A stretch of DNA of 64,000 bases from Parasitella parasitica NRRL 2501 (lineage: Eukaryota; Fungi; Mucoromycota), in assembly GCA_025201805.1 (NCBI GenBank), contig MU619304.1:37539-101538 (forward strand). Reading direction: 5' to 3'. The first letter of the stretch is position 1; every line of letters begins with the position of its first letter. The notes beneath the pieces were generated by a model. The model did no database searches and was not told the DNA's origin. It worked only from the letters and a program-made list of their open reading frames with translations. This document shows, piece after piece, positions 63,382 through 64,000 of the stretch. The position numbers were made by a program, and so were the translations under genes.

Positions 63382-63759
63382 ATGAAACGAACCATATCGA
63401 AAAGAGATGCCGACCATAGACAATCTACGACTAAGGAAACTGATAACACAACACTTGCTTCGTTAGCAAAAGAAAAGATTGTAAACAACCCTCCATCAGC
63501 ACAAAAACTTGCACTTATCCAGGCCAAGCAACAAGAAGCTGATGAACTAGTGAAAATCAATGAATTGGGTGCCGACATGGTAAAATATATTCAAAAATTA
63601 GCAAATGGAGTGGAAATAGCAACGCACAGTGCGCAAAAAACAGGCGATACTTTAGAAAATTGGGAAAGGGTGTTTACAACTATGGGAGAAATGAATAGAG
63701 GAGAAGAAAAGACAAACGAGACTTGGGTGAGATTCAAGACTTCGCCAAACTTAAACTGA
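63382..63759 (+). CDS. DAD2: DASH/Dam1 complex subunit Dad2
   Basis: KLALIQAKQQEADELVKINEL...LENWERVF...WVRF coiled-coil pattern with the NW and terminal VR motifs of Dad2. Confidence 0.7.
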   Translation: MKRTISKRDADHRQSTTKETDNTTLASLAKEKIVNNPPSAQKLALIQAKQQEADELVKINELGADMVKYIQKLANGVEIATHSAQKTGDTLENWERVFTTMGEMNRGEEKTNETWVRFKTSPNLN

Positions 63760-64000
63760 ACAATGATACCACAATGTATTTTGCTACGCGACTTTCCTGT
63801 TTGACATGTAAATAAATCGAGGGTTTACACGATGATTGTTGTGTATGTATAAAGCAGGCTTTTGAAACTCAAATTTTTTTGTTTTACTTTTCTCTCTCGT
63901 TTCTTGTATATAACACTGTTATGAGTGAGCGAAGCTTTTCGCCTATTTTGAGATCACCTTTATCTCGTTCTCCAAGACGCAGAAGATCTTACTCACCACG

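Noticed and set aside
1-64000. tRNA, rRNA, CRISPR array
   Set aside because: No cloverleaf, rRNA signature or regularly spaced repeat-spacer array was seen by eye; tRNAscan-SE/Infernal would be needed to exclude small ncRNAs.

Overview
Eukaryotic, AT-rich, intron-rich genomic DNA from a fungus, most likely Mucorales (inferred from short GT-AG introns with CTAA branch sites, a CRIB-containing WASP and Mucorales-type gene and TE families). There are about 20 intact protein-coding genes: a Mucorales multicopy nuclease-like protein, a Myb/SANT-like protein, an HSF-type factor, TFB1, WASP/Las17, Skt5/Chs4, Hos2-like HDAC, a DUF202 protein, a bZIP/DUF3425 factor, an Msc7-like ALDH, a protein with a duplicated conserved domain, Tel2, a fatty acyl-CoA reductase-acyltransferase fusion, a promethin-like protein, a Zn2Cys6 factor, cyclophilin, Sla1, Rap1/Rsr1, a His-rich membrane protein, an F-box protein and Dad2. 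These are interspersed with decayed mobile DNA: a MULE SWIM fragment, a Helitron PIF1 helicase fragment, a Zisupton-like DDE transposase pseudogene, a probable solo LTR and two Fanzor/TnpB-like remnants. Three observations stand out. (1) A pair of ~1.6-kb, ~99% identical inverted repeats (about 18.9-20.5 kb and 42.6-44.2 kb) brackets ~22 kb containing a dead transposase and five host genes. (2) A FARAT-like FAR+GPAT/DHAPAT fusion has intact reductase motifs, but the acyltransferase catalytic His is replaced by Ser. (3) There are frameshifted relics of the eukaryotic RNA-guided nuclease family Fanzor. No rRNA, tRNA or CRISPR array was recognised. Exon boundaries were read by eye and all family assignments come from motif recognition, not database searches.
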